Source: the human T2T-CHM13v2.0 reference genome, Homo sapiens
NCBI RefSeq assembly: GCF_009914755.1
Contig: NC_060932.1
Length of the DNA stretch: 64,000 nucleotides
Direction: 5' to 3' (one strand)
A program made the translations under genes and the position numbers. The notes beneath the pieces were generated by a model. That model was not told where the DNA came from and searched no databases. It saw only the letters and a program-made list of their open reading frames with translations. This document shows, one piece after another, positions 41,641-57,051 of the stretch; the stretch's first letter is position 1; each line of letters starts with the position of its first letter.

Positions 41641-42220
41641 TAGACGTAGTGTATGGACCATGTGCTCTGCCCCCATCTCCATCCTCCAGAAGAAATTGGG
41701 AGTGCCCAGTGAAATCTTTTTTAAAATTTGAGGATCTGAAGGAGAGAAGACCTGGGTTATAGCCTAGGGTAAGAAATAGCCAGCCTTGAGAGAATGCTTA
41801 CCCCTGCTCCATGCCATTCTGGTGTAGAAATGATGACAACGTATATACTCCTCAAGAGGTCACTTCATTCAACTCCATAGCTCCAAACTGTGGCTGACGT
41901 ACCAGCAACTACCAAATGCCATCTATCTCCAGGCCAGACTTCAATTCGTAGTTTTAGACACTAAGATACCCAACTGCCCACTCAGCACATCCATTCAGGT
42001 CTCTCACAAGCACCTCAATTTCAACATGTTGAAAACCCAATTTATAATTTTCCCTGTGCAAACTGCTCCCTTGCCATTGTTTGCTATATAAGTCAGTAAT
42101 ATCATTTCCTAGCTCAGTAAAATTGACATCTCCACCTAGATGTTTAATAGGCATCTCAAATTTAACAAGGACAAAAATAACTCTTTACTTTTGGTACTTA
42201 TTATTTATTATATCTGTTAA

Positions 42221-42594
<374 letters not shown>

Positions 42595-43004
42595 CTGGAT
42601 TCTTCTCTTTTACTAGCTCTCCACCCACAGTTCCAAAATAAAACTGTAGCTTCTGTCTTCACTTCGGAGATCTGACCACTGCTTTCTACCTCCTCTGCCA
42701 CCAACTAGCTCACATTAGCTTTTGCTTGGGCTGAACCAATAACCTTGTAAACATCTCTGGACTTCCACTGTAGGAACCATCTATCCTCCCTACAGCAGCC
42801 AGAAAGAATTTTTAAAATACTGACCTTTTCAGAGGCATTTCATTACACATGGGAGGAAATAAAAACCTTCCTCTGGCTTTCAACGTCCCTATAATGTGGC
42901 CTGTCTCGACTTCTTTAAACTCATTCCACTTTCCATTCACCCACTAGATACAGCCACACTGGCCGCTCTGTTCCTGGGGTTGTCAGATAAGGATTCCCGT
43001 TAAA

Positions 43005-45490
43005 TTTTTTTTCAGTTAATTGACTTTTATTTTTACAGCAGTATTTGGTTTACAGAAAAACTGAGCAGAAAGTACAGACAGTTCCTATTTACCCTCCCCA
43101 ATCCATATACAGCTTCTCTTATTGTTAGCATTTGGCATTAGTGTGATACATTTGTTACAACCAATGAACCAATATTGACACGATATTATTAACTCAAGTC
43201 CATAATTTACATCAGGATTCACTCTTTATGTTGTACAATTCTAAGAGCTTTGGCAAATGTGTAATGACATGTGCTTATCAGCTGTTTGTTTATCTTCTTT
43301 GGTGATTACAGTATTTATGCAGCATAGTTTCACTGCCCTAAAAATTCCCCACACTACTCATTCAACTCTCTTCCCACTCTCCATCAATCCCTGGCAACCA
43401 CTGAACATTTTACTGTCTCTATAGTTTTGTCTTTTCCAGAATGTCTTGTAGTTGGAAACATACAGTATGTAGCTTTTCCAAACTGGCTTCTTTTGCTTAA
43501 CAATATGCTTTGAAGGTTTCTCTATGTCTTTTTGTGGCTTGCTTGACAGCTCATTTCTTGTTGTTGAATAATATTCCATTGTATGAACAAACCACAGTTT
43601 GTTTATCCATTCACCTATCGAAGGACATCTTTTTGCTTCCATGTTTTGGCAATTATGAATAAAACTGCTATAAACATTCATGAGCAGGTGTCTTAGTCTG
43701 TTTTTGCTGCTGTGACAGAACACCTGAGACTGGGTAATTTATAACAAACAAGTTTATTGGCTCATGGCTCTGGAGGCTGGGAAGTCCAATATCAAGGTGA
43801 CAGTATCTTGCAGGGAACTTCTTGCTGCATCATTATATGGTGGAAGAGATCAGATGGCAGAAGGGCAAAGAGAGGGAAAGAGACAGAGAGACAAATGGGG
43901 GCAAACTCATCCTTTTATAAAGAACCCACTTCTGTAATAACAAACCCATTCCAAAAATAACCACATTAATCCATTCATGAAGGCAGAGCCCTCATGGCCT
44001 AATGACCTCTTAAAGGTCTCACCTGTTAATACTGTTACAATGGCAATTAAATTTCAACATGAGTTTGGGAAGGAACAAACATTCAAACCATAGCAGCAGG
44101 TTTTCGTATGGACATAAGTTTTCAACTCATTTGGATAAATAGCAAAGAGTGTGATTGCCAGATCATATGGTAAGACTATGTTCAGCTTTGTAAAAAATTG
44201 TCAAAATATCTTGCCAAGTGGCTGTACCATTTTGTATTCCCACCAGCAATGAATGAGCGTTCCTGTTGCTACACATCCTCACCAGCATTTGCTGTTGTCA
44301 GTATTTTGGATTTTAACCATTCTAATAGGTATATAGTTTGTTTTAATTTGCAATTCCCTGATGACATGACATTGAGCATCTTTTCATATGCCATTTGCCA
44401 TCTGTAAATCTTCCTTAATGAGTGGCTGTTTAGATCATTTACTCATTTTTAATTAAATGGTTTGGTTTCTTATTGTTAAATTTAAGGCTTTTTTGTATAT
44501 TTTGGATACAAGCTCTTTATTAGATATATGTTTTACAAACACTTTCTTCTAGTATGTGGCTTGTCTTTTCATTCTCTTAACAGTATCTTTCACAGAAAAG
44601 AAGTTTTAGTTTTAATCACCAATGCAAGGTTACTTAGTTTTTCTCATATGTTATTTTCTAGAAGTTTTATAGTTTTATGGTTTAGGTTCTGTGGTTTTGT
44701 AGTTAGGCCTATGATCAATTTTGAGTTAATTTTTATGAAGAGTGCAAGGCCTTTGTCTAGATTTGTTTTTTGTTTTTTCTTTTTGCATGTGAATGCCCAA
44801 TTATTTTAGCAATATTTGTTGAAAAACTATCCTCTTTTCATTGAATTGCCTTTGCTCGTTTGTCAAAGATCAGTTAACTGTATTTATGTGGGTCTATTTC
44901 TGGGCTTTCCATTGTGTCCTATTGATCTATTAATCTACTCATTTGCCAAAACCACACTGTCTTAATTAATGTAGCTTTATAATCAATTTTGGCTATGTCA
45001 GTCCTCCAACTTTGATTTTCTTCCTCAATACTGAGTTGGCTATTCTGGGTCTTTTGCCTCTCCATATAAACTTCAGAATTAGTTTGTCAATATTTTCAAA
45101 ATAACTTTCTGAGATTACGATTGAGATTGCATTGAATCTGTAGAACATATGGGAAATAAATTATATCTTAACAACGTTGAGTCTTACTATCCAGGAACAT
45201 GGACTATCACTCCATTTATTTAGATATTTTTTATTTGTTTAATCAGAATTTTATTGCCTTCCTCATATAGATCTTGTACATATTTTGTTAGATTTACATA
45301 CGCCTAAGTATTTCCTTTTTTGGTGCTAATGTAAATGGTGATGTGTTTTAAATTTCAAGTTCCAATTGCTCATTGCTAGTATATAGAAAAGCAACTAATT
45401 TTTGTATATTAGCCTTGTATCCTGTACTCTTGATGTAATTACTTATTAGTTCTAAGAGCTTTTATTTGTTCTTTGGAATTTTCTGCATAT
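43005..45490 (-). mobile_element. L1MC1 (3' ~2 kb)
   Basis: L1MC1-type 3'UTR ('GCAGAAAGTACAGA', 'CATTTGTTACAA..AATGAACCAATATTGA') followed by antisense ORF2 sequence. Confidence 0.85.
43689..44095 (-). mobile_element. MSTC/MSTD MaLR solo LTR
   Basis: TG...CA termini with a perfect 5-bp TSD GCAGG (43684-43688 and 44096-44100). Confidence 0.92.
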
Positions 45491-45653
45491 TCTTAGTTAA
45501 ATTTGTATTTCAGATAAACAACAAAGTTTTCTTTTCTTAGTATAGCATGTCCCAAATAGTGCATCATACATACTTATATTTTTAAAAAATGTTGCTTCTC
45601 TGAAATTCAAAATTAACTGGGTGCCTTGATTTTTATTCATTAAATATGGCAAC
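45490..45653. mobile_element. MER53 (hAT MITE) right part; left part at ~42976-43004
   Basis: 'GGGTTGTCAGATAA' on the left. On the right, 'AGTTAAATTTG.ATTTCAGATAAACAAC...TATG/TCCCAAATA...CTGAAATTCAAA.TTAACTGGG...AAAT.TGGCAAC'. Confidence 0.8.
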
Positions 45654-46240
45654 TTGATTTATCATCTCACCAAGCCCATTTCTGCTTCAAATAGTTTCAT
45701 CAATTAGTACCTCTTCTGGGAACATTCTTTTTCCTATTTTGCATGGTTGGCTGCTTCTTGTTGTTCAAAATTAAATTTAAATGTTATCTCCTCAGACGAG
45801 CTTCCCTAACCCAATCCAAAGTGGCCTCCCCGTCCTTCTCTCTTACATCTGCCTATGTTAATGCTTTGCAATGGCAGTCATTCCTTAACAATTTATTGAC
45901 CAATTGATCAATTGTTTCATGATCTGCCCCCTCCTCTCACCAGCCCATCTCACTAACATGAGTTTTCTTGCTTGGCATTCTCCTCTCAACACTTAGAATA
46001 CCTGGCTCATAGTAGGTACTGAACAAACACTTGTCGAATTGATGATGGAATGAACTTAAGCCACCAAGCTTAGTAATCCTTTAATCCTTCCTCTTTTCCT
46101 TAATGTTTGTATCTAATTAATCACAAGTCGTGTCCCCAAATCCCACCAAATATATCTTAAACCCATCCTCTTCTCAGGTTTCCAGTGTCAGTCCTTGGAC
46201 CATGGAGGAACTAGGATGCCTTCTAGCATCCTGAAGATAG

Positions 46241-46251
46241 TGCTGACTCAT
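46241..46251. promoter_or_regulatory. Perfect NF-E2/NRF2/BACH (CNC-sMaf) motif
   Basis: TGCTGACTCAT. Single motif; function unproven. Confidence 0.3.
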
Positions 46252-46668
46252 ACTCCCACCCAGTAGATTCTCACTGAGTGTCTGTCTTTTCCATTTCTCT
46301 AAGCTCCACCAAGCAGGGATGGTGTCTGAATGCTGCAGTATCCTCTCTGTCCTGCACAGAGACTGATGCATAGTCAATATTCACTAGGTGTTAGCTGTGA
46401 TTATTTTACAGTAGTTACAATAAACATTTATTAGAAACCCATTTGATTTCACTGAAAGATGCATACTGATTAGAAAGAAATGTAATCTTACCAATGACAA
46501 AGCACTACAGATATTCCTGAAATTCTCTGTTTCCTAGCAAACTCAGTTACCTAAAATGAGCAGTTCTCAAGTGTTTTGGTTTCAGTACCCCTTAACACTC
46601 TTAAAAATTATTGAGGGTGCCAAAGAGCTTGTTTATGTAGATTATAACTACCAATATTTACTGTGTTA

Positions 46669-46978
<310 letters not shown>

Positions 46979-48014
46979 GAAATTAAAACTGAAAAAATTT
47001 TACAATATTAGCTTATTTAAAAGCTGCAATAATGAACCCATTATATGTTAACATAGGCAACATATTTCATAAAGAATAACTGTATTTTACAAAACAAAAA
47101 ATGTACTGAGAAGATAGGCATTGTTTTTCATATTAGCGAATTTCTTTAGTGTCTGGCTTAATAGAAACATAGTTGAATTCTGATATCAGCTTCTGCACGC
47201 ATTCTGTTATGTACAACACACTGTTTTCGCTAAGGTGTGTTTTTTAAAAACTGAGCCTCACACTCATATGAATAGCCTTTTCAGATAATTGGGAATATTC
47301 TTTTTTAATTTTATACCAAAGCTGAACAAGTGGTACTTTTGTAAAGCAACTTGTAAAATCTGAAACCATATCAATAAACTTTCTAAATCTCTTTACAACA
47401 AACCCTTCAGTACATTTTCTACCTTGAATGGCTGTTTTATCCATTCGTGATTTTGTTTCATCATTTGCCATTTGGAAAATATTTGTTTGCTACATTACAA
47501 AAACATTCTAAATGTTGACACATTTCATTACATAACATTGAAAAATCTTATTAGTCAACATCACTGCTGATCTCATCAGAAAAGTTTCATGTATGGAAAC
47601 TATCAAACGCATGGTGGCAGATATTAGTTTCCTAAAATGCTAATTTTTACTTGAAACCTCAAATATTATTATTTGCAACAAATATTGCCCATTGTTGTGC
47701 TCTAAGTGATCTGCTTGACTCACTTTGCTCATTTTTGAGAAACTATCTGTGAAATATCCAAGTCTAAATAACCATAATTTGTGAGTCATTTGTTTCAAGT
47801 AAAAATAGTGTTCCATTTTAAGAAGTGGCATGTTTACCTTGCAACCTGAATAATCATACAAGTACTTCTCCCTGAGAATCAATCAAGTGCATTTTTGGTT
47901 GGCAACAGAACTTTATGTGTATTTTCCCCTTTGTCCCACAGAATAGTAAAGATATGTGTGCTCAAGGGGTTGATTTAATAAAATTAATAATTATTATTGC
48001 TTTATTAAGTAAAT

Positions 48015-48342
<328 letters not shown>

Positions 48343-49371
48343 TAGCGAGGAATACTATGACAACTAATACAGTTTGGTGCCATGTCATTGTTCAATGTGC
48401 CAGCAGTTTGACACCATTATTGCTTTTGCACCATTAGTGCCATGACAAACACAGCAAAAAAGGGCAAATAATGTCTTAGTATTATTACGAAGATAGTTCT
48501 GATCTTATGGATCCTCTGAGAGGATCTTGGAGATTCCACAGAAGTCTACAAACCGTGTTTTGAGAATGACTGAACTGAAGGTCTATACACTGATAGACTT
48601 TTGATTTACATTCAATTCCTTCAGAGGCTCTAGGCAAGTCCATCACACTTTGGAAGTAAGAGGTGAGCTTTGTACATTCTTTTTTTCATGGCCAAAAACT
48701 CTAGCCTAGTGCTTAACACACTGTTTAAACTCTCCCATAGTATTCAAAACAAGAAAGATTTGATGGTCCATTATGAGTCACTGATCAAATTTGGCAATAG
48801 GATTGAGTTCCAGATCCTACACATTGAAAGGGATTGTAACAAACCAGAAACCCTGATGCACAAGAAATGAGGAAAGATACAGAAAGACTTTGTCCCCGAG
48901 AAGAGAAAATGAATGAAAATGCATAACTATTTTCAACTAATATATGAGTTGTCATATGTAAGAGACAATGAACTCAGCCTTTGTGGCTTCAGAGGGCAAG
49001 ATATCATAATGACTAATAAGGAGGTACATTCTTACTCAACCAAATAACTTCCTAATAAGTAGGGTTACTAAAGAAGAACAAGCTAGTTCATGAGGTCACT
49101 GGTTCCTGTCATTACAAGGCTATAAACTGAACTCAAGTGACTGCCAAACACCAAACAGGACATCCTTGGATAGGGACCAAGTCCTGTACTCCAAGCGTAA
49201 CCTTGGGAGTGGTGAGTGAGCTTCCAGGAAGCAGTTATCAACAAGGCTGGCCACTCACACTCTGAGGTCACTCTCTCAAGGTGAAATCAATGCCTAACTA
49301 AAGGCATTTATGCAATTATTGGAATAATTCATGTACCACACAGCAGACATATTGGATGAAAGTCCTGCCAT

Positions 49372-49493
49372 AATCCAGTATGACCTCATCTTAACTAATT
49401 GCATCTGCAACCACACTATCTCCAATAAGGCCACATACTAGGGGCTAGGACTTGAAAACATCTTTTGTGGGGGACACAATTCAACCCGTAACA
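49372..49493 (-). mobile_element. MLT1 LTR terminal fragment
   Basis: 'ATCCAGTATGACCTCATCTTAACT...CATCTGCAA...GGGGGACACAATTCAACCC.TAACA'. Confidence 0.8.
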
Positions 49494-49944
49494 ATTACTA
49501 GTGAAGAATAGGTTCTAGTGAGATTCCTTATTATATTTTAATTAATGAAATCTGTTTCTCTTTTATTTAAATTACAGAAAAACCTAGGCAACATTGCCTA
49601 TATTCCCTTTCCCTCTTATCAATCCCCATTCAATATGATTTTTAGAGTATGGATGTAATCATTGCATAGTAATTGGATTCCTAATACTACCTGATGGCAA
49701 AATGCTTCCAATGTGGACACTAGAATTGAGGTAGTGTGTAGGCTTTGTGACCAGATGCATCTATGTTCAAATTCTAGATCAAAATTTGGGTTGGGAGGCT
49801 TAGATTGGAGAAGACTTGGATTTATGAAATTCGAGTAAGCCTTTCATTCTCTCTGAGATCACTACAATATTAGAAAGAGAAGATGATAAGACTGACTATG
49901 TCACTGGGTCATTATGAAGTCAAGCGAGAGAACGGACTTGAGGC

Positions 49945-50460
49945 TCAAGTTTTACGAACTCAAAAACAGGTTCCAACTTAGACTGAAGCCCACAGATGTA
50001 TTTAGTTTTTGTGTCTATTCTTGGCCCACACAGAGCTTTAACATGTTGTACTTGCTTGTTAACCTTTTCAAAAGGGAGATTTTGTAGGAAAAACTGCATT
50101 TCCAGCTTCTCTTGGTAGGCCTGTACTGACATTCCTGGAAGCACAACCAGCAGGACTATGAGCTGCGATGGGGACCAAGAGACAGCTGCCACTGATCATT
50201 GGACCTGCTTCTCCATTTTATTACACTGGAATTTTTCTTGTGATGGGACAAAGAGAAGAGTGAAACATTTCTTAGGTTCAGGATTCTATCAAAAGTTAGA
50301 AAACGAAAGCTATACTGAGAGAATCACATGGCTCAGGATAAAAAAGAGGAAGCGTATTTCTTTAAGGAAGCTAAGAATATTCTTACATTTAGTATTCAAG
50401 TAAAGTCTATCTGTGTTCAAAGCATATGTCCTAGGGTGCCTTTATAGAACAAACTCAGCC
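49945..50460. mobile_element. MER45-type (hAT-Tip100) fragment
   Basis: 'GGCCCACACAG', 'GGGAGATTT', 'ATTTCCAGCTTCTCTTG' recalled from the MER45 consensus. Confidence 0.55.
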
Positions 50461-51302
50461 TGAATAATTGTGATTCTTACTCTAATATGTTATACAACGT
50501 TAGCAAGTATTATGTCAGCATCTACTTAGCTGTTATTTATTTCTCTTCCTCTCTTCTATTTAGCAGTATATGAATTGCTTTTATGTTCATTAAATTTCTC
50601 TGTGATGTTAAAGCACTCTATCCTATAATTTTGCAGTATTATCTAATAAGTTCCAAGTATCTCCAATCTAAGTATGAATTGCTTATTTTTATCTCCCCAT
50701 ATTTCCAGGCTTAGATTTAAATCCATATTAAAATGCTTAACACTTGTAGTGATTTTTAAAGTTTCGTAAGTGGAACCTCATCAATGAGCCCAAGGCAACA
50801 TTTCTAAAACATCAAACGCCCTGACAGAAACCGAAAGATGTCGTCGCTCTCAAGACGCATGGTGTCACATAAACACACAAAAGATGTGCCGGGTGCTTCA
50901 TTTTCATCCAGATGTCTTGGCATCATGCAGACAGAACCTTTAAGGAACTGAATGATAGGTCATAACTAGCATGTCCACCATCTGCTGCGGGACACCACTT
51001 GTGCGAGATTTTAAAATGGACTCACAGCATAAGATCAATTATAATGTCTGGAAGCCAGCCAGTTTGCCTTTCCTCCTGGAAGACACCACCATTGGCTTTT
51101 ATAGCTTCCTCTGAGGTCAAAAACATTCTAACTTCATTTAGTGGCATCCATACGTGCCCAAACACCCAGGCTAGAAACTCAGATTTACTTTTGGGTCAAT
51201 GTTCTCCTTCACCTTCCTCATTAATTTAGCTACTAAGCTGCATCAATGCTGCTCTACAATGTCTGTGGAATTCGTGTCATTTTCTCCATCCTCACAGTGT
51301 AA

Positions 51303-51604
<302 letters not shown>

Positions 51605-51837
51605 ACAAATAATTTTTTTAACTTTTCAGTTTTCTGCCTCCCCCCACCTCATGCTGTATTTATGATGTGTGTATATTTTTATATTATATGTATGTGTGTA
51701 TATTATATCTATATTTTCCCCACAGTTTTCTATTGTCTGATAAGGTCCAAAGTTCTTACCAAGACACCTTCTGGAGCTGGGCCCTTGTGTAGCGCTTTAA
51801 CCTCAACTTCTATCATTTCAGACCCCATTCAGACCTC

Positions 51838-52785
51838 TCTCATTCATTCACAAATTTCACAAATATTTCTTGAACACCTACAATATTCCAAGTGCTATTC
51901 TAGGTTCTGCTGATGCAGCAGTGAACAAAACAGACAAAAATCCCTCCGTTTCCAGAGTTTATATTCCAGGGATGGGTTATATGTGACAGATAATAAACAA
52001 AATAAACACATAGAATATAGAATGTATTTGATAGCGATATGTGATATGACAAAAATAAAAGAGAAGAGGATAGGGTGTAAGGGGGAGACTGCCATTTTAC
52101 AGAGGAGGGTGAGGGACACATTCCAGGAAGGATCATCGCCTAGAGACTGTAGGTGCTGGAACAAGTCGGTTGGGGAGGCTGGAGGAAAAGCTAGGCCAGT
52201 GTGGATGCAGAGGTAGGCAAGAGAGAGGAGTAGAGGGAGGAAGGTGAATTAGGGAGGGGGAGTGCCAGGTCAGGCAGGGCCTTGTTGGCCATAGTGAGGA
52301 CCGGTTTTTACAAAGAGTAGAATGAGGGCCACCGGAGGGGTGGTTTGAGTTAGAGAATTGCATGATCTGTCTTGCAGTATAAATGGCTCACTCTATCTGC
52401 TATGCAAACAGATCACACTATCTGCTATGTCAAGGACAGATTGAAGTGGGGCAACCCTACAAGAGATGAGAGGGACTTGGACCATGGTGGAAGCTTCTGA
52501 GCTGGTGAGATATGCTGGGTTCTGGATCTAATCAGTGGAGCCAAAAGGATTTGCTGATACCTTGACACCTTGGCTGTCGCTATAGACAAGTGTCAATAGT
52601 GCCTCCCAAGCATTCGGTCTGAAGGATGCACTTGCCATGAACTGAGAATAGGAAGGCCATGGGAGGCACCTATAGGGGTGGGGCATGGAGGAATAAGAAG
52701 CTCAATTTGGTATACATTGACTGTGAGTTACTTATTAGATATCCACCTGGAGATGTTAAATAGGCAGTTTGAGATATGTATCCTC
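51838..52785 (-). mobile_element. L2a
   Basis: CATTCATTCA..AAATATTT..TGAACACCTAC 3' end, plus internal L2 motifs ('GGAGATGTTAAATAGGCAGTT'). Confidence 0.85.
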
Positions 52786-52947
52786 CCCACCTAGGATTTG
52801 CAGCATTCTTGCTAAATACCTCATTCTTTCATGTCTCTATGCCAGTTTATACAATCTCCTTTTAGGGCCTCTTCCTCTTCTTTGCTTGCTGAAATACATT
52901 TTCTCGTTGGCCTCTACCACTTATTGAAGTGCATTTGCAATGATATT

Positions 52948-53252
52948 TTGTGTGTGTGTGTGTGCATTTGCGTTTTGAAATAAGGTCTCACTCTGTCTCC
53001 CAGGCTGGAGTGCAGTGCACAATCATAGCTCCCTACAGCCTCAAACTACTAGGCTCAAGCAATCCTTCTGCCTCAGCCTCCTCAGTAGCTGAGACTACAG
53101 GCACGTGGCACCATGCCCTGCTAACTTTTTACATTTTTTGTGAAGGAGTCTATGTTGCCCAGGCTGGTCTCAAACTCTTGTCCTCAAGTGATCCTCTTGC
53201 CTTGACCTGCCAAAGTGTTGGGATTACACGCATGAGCCACCGTGCTTGGCCT
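52948..53252 (-). mobile_element. Alu (AluJ) with (TG)n tail
   Basis: Antisense AluJ. Confidence 0.9.
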
Positions 53253-53879
53253 GTAATGGTTATTTTAACTTATTTATTCTGTTACCATACTGTTCTGTGA
53301 GTAATTCTCAACAAGATGCCTGATACAAATAAATAATCAAGAAAAGCTCATTGAATAGTTGAAACCTATGGGGGGGCCATAATCTCCTGCATTCAGTGGT
53401 TAGATTTCTTGAAATACGTTGTTATTTCTCCTCTTCCATAAAAAGAACTCTTTCGCGCATATTGTTTTAATCAATGAGAATTAAATTCTATTTTTGTTGA
53501 TGTGCTTTTTTTATATTCCCTTGGGCATGCAATTTATCAAGCATGAGTAATATCTGGCACACAGAGTCTCTAATAGCTTCCTTTTTATTATTAGATCAAT
53601 GATTGTCTGAATTACTGAGAAAGGAAATATCTAGGAAGAAAATGCCCCTAAATTCCTTGAAATCATGCTAAAAAGAAAATATGGAAGTACAGAAACATTA
53701 ACAATGAAGTTGCTTTGGGGCACTTGAATCCTTATTTACGGAAACTTGGAACAAGTTTAAAAGTGTATTTTCAGCAGTCAGTGACTTAGTAATGATAATT
53801 TGGTTTCTGAATATTAAATGCATTTATTGTGTCTTTAATGTTTGACATATGTTAAAAGATGCATTTAGAAGAAAACTAA

Positions 53880-54350
53880 TTTTAACCAACTAATTCTTTC
53901 TTCTACCACTCTATTTCTACCAGCCCACCAGTCCCTCTCCTGAGCCTAATCCAGTTATAGCTATTTTTCCATTTTCCAGAGACTGTCTAAGCCTTAATAT
54001 AGACTTATATTTATGTCTATCTTATTTTTACATAAATGGGATTCTACTACGTATTTTTCTTTTTCTTTTTTTTTTTGATGGCACAAAACCAACATTGTCT
54101 GAGTTTTATTATTTGATCATCAGAAATTCTGTTGACAGCACAGGTCAGAAAACTGATTAGTTCACTTAAAATATCTTAAGATGCTTAAAAATAATAGTAT
54201 TTTATAATAGCATGCATGCTCATATATATATATCAATGTACCTTTTTCTTGTCAACAGCTTCAAAATATCCCATCGTACAGGCATACCATAATCTAATTA
54301 AACAATATCCTACAGTTAGGCACTTATTGTTGGACATTTATTGTTGTAAC
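53880..54350 (-). mobile_element. L1ME 3' fragment
   Basis: 'TTTTTACATAAATGGGAT', 'TTCACTTAA', 'CATACCATAAT.TA.TTAA.CAAT'. Confidence 0.6.
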
Positions 54351-54365
54351 CAAAATGTTTCCATG

Positions 54366-54604
54366 GGCCAGGCATGGTGGCTTATGCCTATAATCCCAGC
54401 ACTTTGTGAGGGATTCTAAAAAAAATGAAAAAAATTAGCAGGCATAGTGGTGTATACCTGTAGTCCCAGCTACTTGAGAGGCTGAGGTGGGAGGACTGCT
54501 TGACCCCAGAAGATGAGGCTTCAGTGAGCTATGATCATGCCATTGTACTCCAGCCTGGGTGACATAGTGAGACTCTGTCTAAAAAAAAAAAAAAAAAAAA
54601 AAAA
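54366..54604 (+). mobile_element. Alu (AluJ) with a left-arm deletion
   Basis: Left arm stops after CCCAGCACTTTG; right arm and poly-A are intact. Confidence 0.9.
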
Positions 54605-54711
54605 CCACATATGCAGTTTGAACAATTTTGTGCATATACGCACTTTGTAATCATATACATACACACACACACACACAGATATGTACTTAGTGCTAAAATA
54701 GCTAGACTTAG

Positions 54712-55000
54712 ATAGGCTCACGCTCTGTTGCCCATGCTGAGTACAGTGGTGAGATCTCGGCTCACTGCAACCCCTGCCTCCTGGGTTCAAGCGATTCTCC
54801 TGCCTCAGTCTCCCAAGTAACTGGGATTACAGGCTCGAGCCACCATACTTGGCTATTTTTTTTTCTTCTTGTATTTTTAGTAGAGACAGGGTTTCACCAT
54901 GCTGACCATGCTGGTCTCAAACTCCTGACCTCAAGTGATCCACCTGCCTCAGCCTCTCAAAGTGCTGGGATTGCAAGCATGAGCCACCCCCGGCCCGGCC
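54712..55000 (-). mobile_element. Alu (AluS) lacking its tail
   Basis: Antisense Alu body. Confidence 0.9.
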
Positions 55001-55309
55001 AATTCAGACTTTTTAAAAATACCTTTGCTATTATAATTTCCTACATACAACTGACAACTCTGAGAAACCCAGTAAAATACACTGGAGTCCACAAACACAT
55101 GCTGCATACAGTCTAATCGGGACCCAGATTTCTATTATCAAAGCCTCATTAATGAAGCCATCCACACTCATTGTCGAGATATTGCTGCCTGGCCAAAAAG
55201 CAAGTAGTAGATGTTGACCTTGCAAAGGTTAACTTAATAGAGTTGAATTTGATTTAAATCCAATCACCGTTTCCACAGCTGCTCTGTGGGCCCAGATGGA
55301 GACTGTGGG

Positions 55310-55435
55310 AGTGATGTCACAGTGTCGCATGGCATGGCTTGATGCTCTGGCATGACTCACACCCATGCTCTGAAAGACTCCATTGTCGTTTTGCTCCTGG
55401 GTGGAGTGGGATTTGACTCACACACTGACTCAGTC
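55310..55435. promoter_or_regulatory. AP-1 homotypic cluster (candidate enhancer)
   Basis: TGACTCA at 55353, 55414 and 55426, plus CRE-like TGATGTCA at 55312, in unique sequence. Confidence 0.55.
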
Positions 55436-55846
55436 CCCTAGCGCACCCCGTATCTGCTGTTGGAACTTTTCATTCGGGTCATTAGCTCCATCACAACCTC
55501 CTCCCTGGCAAGTAGGTAAAGGTACAGAGACCCCTCATCCACAATGGTCTTTTGCTGTGAGAGCCCCACTGCAAAATCCAGCTAATTCTTGGGGTCCCGT
55601 ATCCTTTCCTCCTCTCTTCCCCAGCCTCCAATCCCATCAAAATTTAGCCATGTTTTTTACTCAGCTCCCTAATGATACTTTAAATGCAAAGGGGTCATGT
55701 AAGAATAAATCATCAAGCATGGTATGGGCAGTATTATGAGTAAACATTTCTGTTAAATTGACGTTCTTAGTTATGGATACGTAATTTATTTGTAAATAAA
55801 TTATGCCAGAGTGGGCACAGTTTAAGCTCTAATCCCTACTCACTAG

Positions 55847-56317
<471 letters not shown>

Positions 56318-56630
56318 TAAAACAAATTCCTTGCTGCCAATTCTTGGTCTTTTAATGTATTCCTTTGCTTTCTCCTTCCTTTCAAGAGATGCTCCTGCTT
56401 CTCCCCAAACACTGCCTTTTATTCCCTATTTCCTGGGTGGTGCCAGCATCTGCCTTAAATCAATGTCCATTTTATGTTTGTTCAGATCTTTCTCTCTCAC
56501 TAGAGATTTTTCTGCAATTGGCCCTTTTCATGGTGGGAGGGGTGATTTCTCTGCCCTGCAGGAAACTCATTAGTGAGTCAGGAAAGTCTGGCTCTCAGGC
56601 ACAGTCATAAGGATGAAAGTGCTCCCTGAC

Positions 56631-56674
56631 AACACACACACACGCACACACACACAAACGCACACACACACACA
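56631..56674. repeat. Imperfect (CA)n
   Basis: Visible directly. Confidence 0.9.
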
Positions 56675-56746
56675 AATAAGTCTCTGTGCTAATTGCCACT
56701 TCTGCATTTTAAAAATGACTGGAGCCTGGCTGAAAGGTCCCCTCAG

Positions 56747-57051
<305 letters not shown>

